A DNA stretch of 64,000 bases from Gnetum montanum. Its lineage: Eukaryota > Plantae > Gnetophyta. Both the position numbers and the translations under genes were made by a program. Below the pieces are notes generated by a model, which was given only the letters and a program-made list of their open reading frames with translations, had not been told where the DNA came from and did no database searches. Location of the stretch: positions 18,751-82,750 of the forward strand of contig MNCI01001992.1 in the NCBI GenBank assembly GCA_015680685.1, given 5' to 3'. Positions 25,950-37,815 of the stretch are shown here, piece by piece (within the stretch, counting starts at the first letter, position 1; each line of letters opens with the position of its first letter).

Positions 25950-28020
25950 TTTTTCGGATGGTTTGTACAAAATGACATCCAAAATTGGTCAGTATCCTTA
26001 AATACAAAACCAGGCCGGTTACTATACAAAATGGTCTTTCAGAAAGGTATAGACAAAGGGAAGATAACATCTTCCTGTTGGAAATATACAGGAAATACAC
26101 AAAATGGGAAATTTCCTCTGCCATCTGGGGGAGAGCGCATAATCGGTGCGATGCTAGTGACTAAACAAGAGGGAGCCCGTTTTTTAAAGAGAACTTGAAG
26201 AACAGATACAAGCGAAGCAATGTAGGACAAACTTATAAATGCCTATGGGAATCACATGAGGTAGATAGGGTAGTTCATATTGTGGACCAGGGCAATAATT
26301 GCCCTATTCTTAATCCTCTGCAAGACTTCATATATGGCTGTGACAATTTTAAATTATTCTGCTACACGTGGATTTTTCTTAGGGTGGAGGGTGTATGTAG
26401 GTTTCTTAGCTTGCTTCGTGGCCAGCTCTTTCTTAGCGATGCATTCCACTAGGTTCATCTCAGGCTGATTTGTGTTGTTCTCATTCACAAGTTCTATGTT
26501 GGCTTCATTCTCATGTCATCCTCCTCATTGGTTGTGGGGGAGGGGGGGAGGAGGAGAGGTTGGTCCCTTATATATTTTTCATTGTTGTCCTCCTAAACCG
26601 GCCTTGATATGGAAGGGTTCACACCTTCAGCCAGCTCACCTTTGCTTCATTGAGTATATTCTCTTGGCATGCCATCCTCTTGTGCTCCCATGCATAAGGG
26701 GATCTTTAGCCTCAGTCTATTTTGCTTTGGTAGTTGTCTAGTCTTTTGGAGTGAGAAACCTTCTGTTTTGTCAAACCTTCACATTGAGCTTGTTGTGAGA
26801 GCTCTATCCTTCTAACCCTAGAAGAGGATGGATGCTGTGACCTCTGAAAACTTGGGACATGAGCATGTATGGTGTTGTCCCATAGAATGGATGTTGCCAT
26901 GTTCCATAATGCTACGAAAAGATTGGACTGGCTGGTTGTATTCTTCTTCAAGCCTTGAAGGAAGAAATTTGAGAGGTTCATTGTTTGTCCATGTTTTATA
27001 CTTTTGAGAAAGGTGAAATTTAGCTCCTTGAGCATAGAACCATTGCTTAATTGTATGAAGTATCTTTTGTTTTTGTGTTTGTGTTTGTTTTTTTTTTATT
27101 TTTATTTGTGGAGTGGTCAGGTTATGTGAGAGTGGTGGTATTCAAAACCACAACGACCTGCAATGGAAGGTGGGATTCAAAACCGCTATGACCTGCAATG
27201 GAAGGTGGGATTCAAAACCGCTATGACCTGCAATGGAATGTGGGATTGCAACACTTGGCAATTAGCACTTCTGGGGGCATTTGGTAACAAAATCAACGAT
27301 GTCATGCATTCCATGGCATGTTAGGACAAGAATTTTCCCATCATTAGGGATCCCTAACATATGCACCATTGTGTCTTAGTCAAAGAGTATTTCTCTTCCC
27401 TTGAAAATAGTGCTATATCCTCTCTAGTTTCTAACAAAGGGGGAGGAGTTAATGTCTCTATTCCCATGAATTCACGGTAGTAGTTTTGCACATCCTGCAT
27501 TTGTGATTGACAACCAAAGCATGCCATCGTCCTGAAATCTGGCAACATTTGGTTTGAATGTTAGTGTTATTCCCATAACAATTGTGAGCTCTGCCTAATC
27601 ATAGAGATCTTGGCTAGCAATAATGGAGGGGAGGGGCAAATGATTCAAGCCATCAAGCATGACATCTGGTATAATGGTTTTGACAACATTTTTAACTGCA
27701 TTGTTGGTAGTTTGATCATGATGATCATTAAAATTTGGCACTGGTGATAGTTTGTGTATTCTTACTTGGTGATCTGGGCATTCATAAGCAGTGCAATATG
27801 AGTATGACTACGATTGCCAACAATGTTAAAGCCTTTAGTTAGAAACCCGATGGAAGTATCCAAGATCACTACTGCTAGCATGCCACAATTATGGATGCAA
27901 TTTGTGTTTATCCTGCCCATGCTTGTGCCCCTTAATGAATGCCATTTTCCAAATGAGGCTGCCCAATAGTAGAAACAAGTAGCATGAAAATAAGAATCCT
28001 TACCTCCCTTGCTTATGTGA
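25950..28020 (-). mobile_element. LINE copy A: old 3' fragment with PMD-like domain and partial J-domain
   Basis: Hand translation: PFVRN*RGYSTIFKGREILFD*DTMVHMLGIPNDGKIL, then YFIQLSNGSMLKELNFTFLKSIKHGQTMNLSNFF, then KKPTYTLHPKKNPRVAE*FKIVTAIYEVLQ. Boundaries approximate. Confidence 0.7.
27141..27245. repeat. Tandem repeat, 35 bp x 3
   Basis: TTCAAAACCGCTATGACCTGCAATGGAAGGTGGGA head to tail without spacers, inside LINE copy A. Confidence 0.92.
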
Positions 28021-29099
28021 ATATACTATATGTTTTTTTAATGAAATTGGTCCAAATACTTCTATGATTAAAAATCCAAACCAAGTACATTTCCAGATAC
28101 TTCTATGATTAAAATCTCCTTTTGGAATATTGGCTTTCCATGGACAAAACATCCAAAATCAACGTTGATTTGACAGTAACAGGTCACACAGTGGCATCTA
28201 AGCGTCATGCTCATATAATATTATGAAATTGATGAATGAAGTTGAAGGAATAATGAAGAACAAAGAAGAAAAATTGTAACTAAATACTTTAAAGATATAT
28301 CTTCATTTACAGAAGCTCTGTATGAACGATTATTAAATAAAGTACTTGCCAATGTTGAGGCTAAACTTACAGAGGCTGATGTTGCATTTTTGAATAGTCC
28401 TAGAATTGATGAAGAAATTAAAAATGCTGTTTTTATGATGAAAATTAATAAAGCACTAGGTCTTGATGGTTTTCTATTAGATTTCTATGATAAATATTGA
28501 AATTTTGTAGGCAAGGATATGCAAGATGTGGTACCTAAATTTTGGAGATTTGAAGATATACTAAAATCTGTTAATTCTATAGGATTACTTAATTCTAAAG
28601 AAGTAAAGCGCTTTATCCATCTTTGACTTTAGACTTAGTCGCATACGTAACACTCTTTGTAAAATTATTTTTGAAGTCTTAGTATAAAGAGTAAAAATTT
28701 TCATGTCAACCATCATCAGTGATTGGCAAGTAGGATTTGTGAAATGGAGACAAATTTTGGATTAGATTATTATTGTTTATAACATTTTTCATTCAACTTC
28801 AAAACAAAATAGATGTCTACTTGGGCTTAAATGTGTAAGCAAAACTTATATTCATGTTTTATGAAGCTTTTTGAATGCAATATTACATAAATTTGGATTT
28901 TCTGATTATGGGTATACAATACTTCCATGGTGTTAGGCTATTACTTCACTTTTGGTGTTGCTTTAATAAGGAAGCACATGAAAGATTTTATAGTAGCAAT
29001 AAGCTAAAACAAGGAGATCTTATTTTATCATGGTGGTTGAAGCTTTAGGATGTATGATTAAAGAAAGAGCTAAACAAGGAGAGATTAAGGAATGACAAC

Positions 29100-29586
29100 A
29101 GTTTATCGTTTTGGTTATTCCAATAAAACTGAAGGGAAAGTTTTACATGTCAGTAATCAAATTTGCTATATTATATGATGCTGAATGTTGGGCTGTAAAA
29201 AAGAGAGGCATGAACAACAAATTAGTCTGGCAGAAATGAAATGCTTAAACGGATGTTAAATGTTACAACAGATAACTTGCATAATATAGAAATTAGAGGA
29301 AGTCTTGGAGTGGTTTCTATATTAGATAAGCTACAAGAAGACATTTTAGATGGTATGGTCATGTTCAAAGAAGATCAAATTATGAATCTATCAAAAAAGG
29401 CTTGTTGTACCATAGTTTCAACTAAACATCAAAGGACAGATAAGAAAATGACAGGGAAAAATGATTGAAGATGATATGAAGACATTGCAAATAGATAAGG
29501 ATTTAGCTCTTTATACAGGTGAATGATAAAAGAGAACTCATGTAGATGACCGTATTTTTTTGGTACAAGACTAAGATGATGATGAC
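29100..29586 (+). mobile_element. RTE-clade LINE 3' end
   Basis: IPIKLKGKFY...AILYDAECWAVKK...LAEM motif typical of plant RTE; ends in a (GAT)n tail. Confidence 0.82.
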
Positions 29587-29733
29587 ATCGACTTATGGTT
29601 TACTTGATTGAAGCTTGATGAATAAGTGTAAGGAAGCTTTAGCTATGAAAATAAAGACTTGATGAAGTACCTACAATCAAAAGGGTTGAGGAATGGCAGA
29701 AGTAAAATGGAATGCATAGAGTGCTTTTTTTTT

Positions 29734-29878
29734 NNNNNNNNNNNNNNNNNNNNNNNNNNNNNNNNNNNNNNNNNNNNNNNNNNNNNNNNNNNNNNNNNNN
29801 NNNNNNNNNNNNNNNNNNNNNNNNNNNNNNNNNNNNNNNNNNNNNNNNNNNNNNNNNNNNNNNNNNNNNNNNNNNNNN
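29734..29878. other. Assembly gap (145 N)
   Basis: Run of N. Confidence 0.99.
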
Positions 29879-30269
29879 AGTTTATGGTTTGTTTGATTCT
29901 ACACATGGGCAATTTGTCGATGATACATTTATCTTCTTAGAAGCTTAAGAAAGGTGCATCTTACATTTTAAAGAAGTGTTGGATCATTTTTTCAAAGTTT
30001 CTAGATTAAAAATTAATTTTGATAAAAGAATTTTGTTTCCTTTTCATCATTTAGAGATTAATAAAAAAATATTACGAGTGTGTTAAAATATTAGTGGGCT
30101 AATCTTCCAAGAAAATATTTGGGTTTACCTTTGTTTTTGGGAAAAGTAAGTTAGAATTGTGGACTAGGGTTTTAGAGAGGGATGACTCAAAGTTTAGTTG
30201 GTTGGTGAGAAAAGCTTCTTACTAGGGATGGAAAAAAGGGTCATTAGTCATTTTGCCAAGTGGGGTTTC

Positions 30270-30341
30270 AAGAGGGTTGGTAGATGAACGATAACCTTTT
30301 TTCAAGTGGTTGCACCTATGCTTGAACCTAGGTCTTATGAC
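30270..30341 (-). mobile_element. Au-like SINE, 3' portion (head displaced to 32851-32886)
   Basis: TTCAAGTGGTTGCACCTATGCTTGAACCTAGGTCTTATGAC matches the 17.8 kb copy; the continuation TTGAAAAACAAGAACCTTACCATCACTC lies at 32853. Confidence 0.65.
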
Positions 30342-32850
30342 TGTTATGATTTTGGGCAATGCCCAACTTTGTCTTTGTTGTTTTCTCTAAACCTTTGAAG
30401 TCAAGTAGTTGTTAGTGTTTATATGCTTTAAAGTTATGGACCAAAAGAAGTCTTTGAAAGCCAAGAAATGTAGTTAGAATAGATAGAAAAAACATAGTAG
30501 GAGAAAATATCCCAAAAGAGAAAGAAGAGATTAATAGATCGTTCATGAGGATCATGTTGAACTTGGTAAAGTTTTCCCCTTCTCCAACTATAAAAGGAGG
30601 CTATGGTTCTCACTTGTAACCCAAAAAAAGAATATTGAAGGATTTCTAAGATGAATAGAGTGAACCTTTTCTTTCTCCTCTCATGTGTCGGAAAAATGAA
30701 GACAAATACATTAATTGTTGTATTTCCTTTTATGTTGCATTTGATGTGGGGATGTGTTTTATCCCACATGTATTAGGATTGGGGTTTGGTCCTCATGTTT
30801 CCTCATAAATAGGAGGCTTGGTGTTTTATCTCACATTTATTAGGATTGGGGTTTGGTCCTCATGTTTCTTCATAAATAGGAGGTTTGGGGTAGCCTATAG
30901 GGTGTGTGCTTTGAAGTGAAAGCATTGTATCAAGGTTTTACGTTGGAGACGTGAGTATTGTTGGTGTTGATCTGAGATCTGTTGGAATAACAGATTGGGT
31001 GTTTGGAAAAGTTACAAGGACAGCTTGTGTCCTGAAGATTTGAGAAGAATAGAAGGCAAATCAGCATTGTTGTGGAAGTAGGGTAAAAAGGGCCCGAACC
31101 ACATAACTCTCTGTGTTCTTGTGCCATTTTTACTGGTTTCATTTTGCTTTTATTTTGTTATCACAGCAAATGTTTGCTAGAGTTTAGAACATTTTGAGAG
31201 TGATTTATAGTGTTTCTTGACATGCTACAGCACAATATTTTGCCTCTAATGATTTATTCAAATCTGTAGGGTTCTAATAATTTCTCTAGAGCATTTGTAG
31301 TGTGTTTTCAGATCTAATTGTTTTCAGATCTGATTATAACATCATGCTCCATATTCTATCATTTTGAGTGGTTGCCATATTATCAAGCTCCATGAAGAGC
31401 ATTCTCCTCCTCTTATACTTGCAGCAACCCTACTCACACAATTGAAAGCTCTCCTAGCCATAGTAAGACCTAAAGGTTGAATTCCCTTACCCATTCTCTC
31501 ATTCTCACAAAAAAAATCCAATTCTCTCATAACTCTCATACCCTCATAAAGGCCAAATCTCACACAAGATTCGAGGAAGATTCCCTCATAAAGGCCAAAT
31601 CTCACACAAGATCCAAGGAGGAAGATGCCTCAAAGAGGCCATGAATTGCATCCCAAGCGATGCTAAACCTTGTTTGTTTTCATGTTTTAAGCCAAGTTTT
31701 ATTATGAGTTTATGTTATGAATAATGTTGAGACAAGTGTTTGTAGAAATAAATGTTTATATTTGTTGGCTTGAAAGTCACCATAATTGCTAAGTTTATCC
31801 ATGCATTTTCTTCCATCTTATGTATTAGAGAATATATAAAAAGATCTTTGAAGTCTAGATGTTTACATGGTTGATTTGTGGAGTTTTTTTTTTCATCATT
31901 ATGAAGCTGATTATGTTGTGAAAAAGAGCTCATCTTAATGCCTCTATATTTGAGTCCTTGGTTGTTATGTTTGATGGGAGATTTCAAGAGACGTAAGCAT
32001 CTCCATGCTTGACGTGATAAAGATGATTAGATCTAGGCACTTCTTTCATGACTTTAAGCCCCAATTATGCTGAATGTAGAAGATAGAAAGGGCATTTGAT
32101 GTTTGAACGTGGAAGCCCTTTTTTTGAAAGTATAAGCATGCAATTTCATGTTCACCTGTTCAACTACAACCACAAAACCATATGCCTGGACCTCCCATGT
32201 TTACAATAAGATTTAGGCATTTTTCATCTCATTCCAAGCCCTAAATCGAGCCTGAAATTTAGTCATGTGCCATGCCCAAGTTATCTCAAAATTCCATAAC
32301 CATGATGCCCTTTAAGCTCAAATTACTCAAAATCATATCCAAGTGACATATCTAGGACCCTCACATGTTATGCCTAAATTTCTATGGCTCCTTCCATTCA
32401 TAAATTTATAGATTGGGGCAGATCTGATGTTTATTTTTGCGCATGCACATTCATCACAACCTCAATGCTATTGCAAATAACTCGCAACCAACTTGCTCTT
32501 GAAACCAATGAGGGTGAGTAATAGGAACCTTCACATCCAACTCACAGTGAAGAATAAAAATTGATTGTGACTTGCAGTTTGGTCATGGTTGCCTTGTGGC
32601 TTCATATTTTTTCTTAATTAGGAGACTACGACCTGTGGTCAGGTCATGGTTAGCTTGTCGTCATTCAAAAGCTTTCAACATCACTTGTGGTGAACTCATG
32701 CTGAGAAAGAAAATTGGCTGCAACCTCCAGTCAACTTTTGACCAAGTGGCAATGCCACATTAGCTACCACCTTGCCTTGGTCTTAACATCTTTGACTTTT
32801 GCTACATTGTAGGGCCCACAATGCTTCTACTTGCCTCAATTTCAATAACC
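30342..32850 (+). mobile_element. Non-coding insertion of about 2.5 kb with LTR-like features
   Basis: Splits a SINE; starts TGTTATGA; inverted matches TTATAACA at 31341 and TCAATAACC at 32850; duplicated CATAAATAGGAGG TATA-like block. No clean TSD and no PBS. Confidence 0.55.
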
Positions 32851-34349
32851 ACTTGAAAAACAAGAACCTTACCATCACTCCAAATGAGGCCCTTCTTTTT
32901 ACTGTGGTTGGAAAATTACAATTAATTCATAGTTGTCTTCAATTTGAACCACTACCCTAAAGGAGATAGTAAAGAGATTAGAAAAATTAGAATATCATTT
33001 TCTTTAGTAGGATTTGGAAGAATAAAAAAATCATCGATTGAATTTGGATACATTTTGTCATCCATGAGAATGTGTTAGACCTGGACGTCAAAAATTATAT
33101 TATTTGAATATGACTCTTTTATGAAAGCTAGCTTAGAGAATTATGAATGAAGATGCCATGTGTGTTAAAGTGACAAAGACTAAATATGTGAGTTACATTA
33201 AAAAATTTTCTAGTAGGATCACATATTATTGGTGCTTCCACAATATGCACAAGACTTGAAAAGTACATGCATAGATAAGAAAATATCATATGAAATCTGA
33301 AGATGTTGAGGTGTGGATATGGAAAAATAAACATTCATACAAAGTTACAATTACTTATAATACTTCATGCACAAGTCAACTAGATTAAAAACCTATTCAA
33401 TTGAAGAAAGTAGTCTAATTCTTAAAGTTCATATCTTTTCTAAATTGGTATGAAAGGGAAAATTTTAACAATTAATAATTTGTTAAAATGAAAATGGATG
33501 ATGGCGAATAGATGATGATGCTTCTGTAAGAATTCTTAGTAGATGTTAATCATTTCTTTCTGTACTTCCTCGCAATTGGTTATATTTGGAACAAGATCTT
33601 ACAGCAGCATGGACTTGGATTGGTGGTATTTGACACATGAATAAAATCTGGAGTATTTTGCTAGTACATGTGATGTTTCAAATTTAGAAAGTAAGAAATC
33701 GATCTAGATAGAGTGTGCAGTAAAAAATTGGAAAGAGAATGTGATATTTAAAATGGAACTTGACTGCCTAAATTTTTGAGCCTTACAGAATTATAATTTT
33801 TATTTCCGAACTTAGGATTAGATTGATACCTTGAGATGATTATCTTATTAGAAATTTGATTCTATCATTTTGGTTAATCCTTAAGATCCCAAGACTAATC
33901 TTGTTGTACTTCAAATCTTTTTTATTAATATGTTATGTTTTTTCAGAAAAAAAAAACTTGTGATTCAGAACAACTATTCACAAATCATAGTGTCTTGTGA
34001 CTAGGTTTTATGAGCCAATCACAAAAGTAATTACACCTCATCATGGAAGTTTATAATGATTCATGAATTGAGAGAAATAACAAGGATGGATTACTATCTT
34101 AATACATCTCCTTAATTCATATTTCATCATACACAAGCTCTAAGTTTGTTACCAAGTATTCTACTTGGTTGTCAATACGATATATAACCACCTAGCAAGT
34201 AGGATAAATACCACTCCAAACATGCACAAGCTCTAAGTTTGTCTGTGCATGTCATGTGCTTGCAGGAACAGATCTTCTTTGTAGTTTTTTCAAGCATGCA
34301 TGTGTATTAGAGTAAATGAGCCATTTGTCTAGGTTTTTTGCAAGCTTTG

Positions 34350-35340
34350 TTTTTTTTTTTTTATAAATTTGAGAAGAATTTGGGTTGTCATATTATAAAC
34401 ATTTCCACATGATCATATGCACACTCGTGAACAAAATTGGGGAAGAAAGACCCCCTTTATGCACAGCCTGTTGTGGGGGGTGCACGGGCACGCGGGGGCA
34501 GGGAGATGGTGTGGGGAAGAAGAACCCCCTTGAGTAACAAGGTAGCCGAAAGACCCAAAGGGGCAAAGCCAAAGACCCCATTCCCATCAAATTCCAGACA
34601 TAGGCCCAACCTAACAAAGACTCAAAAATAGCAATGTGCCATACTAGGCACTAGACTCGTATTGATGTAATACCTTTTCAACCAAAAACAGTTTAGGCCT
34701 GAACCTAATGAACCAACGAAATGGAAACACCACAAACGCAACAGCGGGCCAAAGGCCCCCACTATCAATAGCCAACTCTAAAGCTATCTTGGTAGCCTTG
34801 TACAAGGGTAGATAGTCTGTTCTTGGGCATGAATGACATCCAACACTGCTCGATGACACACTCTCACCACAAATGTTGTAGCTTTTTGGAATTCTTTGTA
34901 TTTTTCCTCCCTATGCATGTGTTCAACATCATTGCTAGTGCCATCCAGGTGAAGCTTGGTTGCAGTCCTCCTTATGTACCTGCGAGGGCGGGCCAGGCAG
35001 TGTTGTGATTCACATGCACAATCACATATAGGCATTTGCCTTCTTGCAGCCAACAGTGTGAATTGGCATCATGGGTTTTGTCTATTGCTGTTGCAATTGC
35101 TTTTCCTCAAGTCTATCCTTCTCCTTTTGCTCCTACTTGGCAGGCTCCCTTTCCCTGTGTTCTTGTTCTTCCCACCACAACTCTTCCCTGATCTTCCTAG
35201 GCAGATCATCTTCTCGTTCATTTCTGATGGCCACCTCATGCAGTTCCCTTTGGGGTTGGTAGGGGTGAATGTTGTAAAGTTTTCATCCAACTGTTCTTAT
35301 GCTATTTCCTTTCTTTTTTGTGTTCATGGAGCAGATATTT
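34350..35340 (-). mobile_element. LINE copy B: 3' fragment with coiled coil and J-like domain
   Basis: Poly(T) at 34350-34362. WLQEGKCLYVIVHVNHNTAWPAL/RYIRRTATKLHLDG...REEKYKEFQKATTFV. Confidence 0.75.
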
Positions 35341-35362
35341 TTGTTGGTAACAACTTGTTTGA

Positions 35363-36037
35363 TTGAGAGATGATTGGGTTTTGTATTAGTATTGGCATCG
35401 AACAGTACAAAACAGGGTGTCTATTAGATGTGTCAAAACTTGGGCAAAATTAGGTGATCATGGACCGTACAAAAAGGGGCCATGCCACCATTCACTATAC
35501 AAAATCTAGCAGCCCACCTGCACTCCACCTTTTAGCAATATATAACCACCCAAAATAATGGACTAAAAGATATAAAACACTCCTCCCCTTGGTGTGAGCA
35601 AATCCAGGGAGCTATCCCCCTCCCAGTGCAGGGACACAGAACTAAAGACTGAAAATATACCATAGATGGCAGTCCCCAACCCAACTACTAAGGGGTGCAG
35701 TGTGCAAATGAAGAAGCATCAATTATGCATGCAGGCGACGAACTTACTTTCCTCATCCTTCTGCAGAACATCATAGATATTTGTGAGCATTTTGAACGCC
35801 ACTCTTCCTCCTCGGCTCTTATCTGGGTGGAAGGTTTTGGAGAGTCTTCTGTAATTTTGTGTGATTTCTCCGATGCTGTCTGTCTCGTGAAGCCTAAGGT
35901 CTCAAAAGCCCAATTTCCAGAATTAAGGATCCTATTCCTTACTGCATTTTACATATCAGCTTTCTTCTCCTCCAAATTCTTCAGAAGCTCATTTCCAACG
36001 TGTGTTGTAGACTGGGGCTGCTTCCTTCTCTCCCTCC
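35363..36037 (-). mobile_element. LINE copy C: 5'-truncated insertion encoding a J-domain with intact HPD
   Basis: Identical 18-bp TSD TGGTAACAACTTGTTTGA at 35345-35362 and 36038-36055. RILNSGNWAFETLG/LHETDSIGEITQNYRRLSKTFHPDKSRGGRVAFKMLTNIYDVLQ with one frameshift. Confidence 0.8.
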
Positions 36038-36545
36038 TGGTAACAACTTGTTTGAGATAGATGTGTTTTAACAGTTTATGAGGCATGTTAGTCTTATTGA
36101 TTACTCTGGGAAATGATAGTACCAATTATTTTTTGATGATAGTCAGTTATTGTTATAAAAAGCCTTGGTATTATAGCCAAATTTGCGTTGCATCCTCAAT
36201 ATGAGTAGATAAAATACTTGTTTTTTTCAGCTCTTGTGCGTACATACTATAGTGCATGAAATAACCCTGAATTGACATTACTGAAAAATACAACACTTGT
36301 TGCCCCAAGTTAAAAAGATAGGTTTAGATGTTATGCGGTTGCTGGCATATTGTTTTTACTTTGCATGGAGAGAACTCTTGTATCATATTATATCTTCACA
36401 TTTTAAAATTAAAATTATGCAAACAAGTAGTGGGTTATATCTGGTTTTCTTACAAGACGTGAATGTAAGCAAAAACAATGTCTCAAGTTAACTTTATTCC
36501 TGTCAATATGAAATTTAATTATCTGTTTTATTTTATATTTTGCAG

Positions 36546-36595
36546 GAGTTTCTAGAGAGCAATGATGGTGATCCAGAACTGATTGTTTTTATACC
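36546..36595 (+). CDS. PITHD1: PITH domain-containing protein 1, coding exon 3
   Basis: TGCAG|EFLESNDGDPELIVFI(P)|GTAAAT, phase 0/2. Confidence 0.93.
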
Positions 36596-37815
36596 GTAAA
36601 TCTCAGTTTTTTCTTTTCTTTTCTTCTGGAAGAAGTTTTTGGTCAACATATAGTTTGTTTACCTGAGATACCTAGTTCTCTTCAGCACTGAAACTTAAAG
36701 ATTGGACATAATTTTTGAAAGTCAAAATGAATCAACTAGGGCATTGACATACTTTCTTGTATGAATATTTATTTAAGGGTCCATAAGAGAATGTTTATGA
36801 GAAAACAATAGGATTAAAAAAAAAGTCTAAGTTACATGCATCTGTTGTTAAACCTGGAGATTGGAGTTTAGATTTGTGTAACATGTTTGTTAATCAACTG
36901 CATTAATGCAAACTTAACATTTAAAATAGTTTCTTCTTTTAAACCATTGAGCAGACTGTCTTGACTATGTTGAAAGCTTGTAGTTACCACTTAGGCTAAC
37001 CTTCACATTAATGAAAACTCTGATGATACGAATAAAGGCAGAGAGGATGTGTAGTAAAAATGCAAGACTTGCATGGGCTAAAACTACTAGCTTTCAAGAT
37101 ATGAATGCTTAAATTTAACATGAGAGAAACAAGGAAAAAGCATGTATATAGAATGCAATAAAAATGAATCAAAAGCAATTGACTCATTTAGGACATCATG
37201 CATGGAGAGAACAAACCCTTCTCTATATGCTATTTTAGGGTTGGGTTTTTTAGTAACTACTAAAACCACCAAACATAGTGATGCATTTTATAGAGGAAAC
37301 ATTTGACAATAAGTTGGGATGATTTTGAAACTATAACAACACATGAAATTCAGGTTGGAATCTTGATTCCCACAATCTGGAAGCTTGATCCAGCTCAACA
37401 TGATACAGATTGGTGTTGGAATCTCAATTCTGATTCCAGGCAACTCCAAGCGATTCTTGATCATAATTTCAAGCAATTTTGAGTGATGCCATGTTATTCT
37501 AAAAGATTATGACTTGTTTCTCATATTTTTTTGATATACATTTTTCAAAATTCTGAAAAATCTAACATTTTTTGTTATTTTAATATTGTGGTTCCCAACA
37601 ATTACATACCAAGATTTAAGCGATCTACAGATTAGAACCTCTAAAATGAAAAACGAATCTGCGATCTGATTTACATTTTAGAAGCATGTAGCTACATGAT
37701 ATGAATTAAATATTTTTTGGGGAAATTGAAATGCCTAGAGGAAATCCCCATGCAAAATGTATATGCATCCTAAAATTTAACAAGGGTGGCTTAGGTGAAC
37801 TTCATTTTGTCAATA

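Larger units (their letters stand above)
28300..30260 (+). mobile_element. Old L1 RT fragment interrupted by an RTE insertion and an assembly gap
   Basis: DEEIKNAVFMMKINKALGLDG, KQGD, and after the gap HGQFVDDTFIF, LKINFDK, KYLGLPL. Confidence 0.75.

Noticed and set aside
27141-27245. 35-bp repeats as a CRISPR array
   Set aside because: No spacers, eukaryotic context, and the repeats lie inside LINE-derived sequence.
35363-36037. Processed pseudogene of a host DnaJ gene
   Set aside because: Its C-terminal tail matches copy A, which is attached to LINE ORF2 sequence. Disfavoured but not formally excluded without a search.
35695-36060. 121-aa plus-strand ORF, and similar antisense ORFs over the LINEs
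   Set aside because: Shadow frames; the recognisable motifs are on the opposite strand.
37490-37688. MITE with CATG..TTCTAAAA inverted ends
   Set aside because: Short imperfect match, no TSD, single copy in the window.
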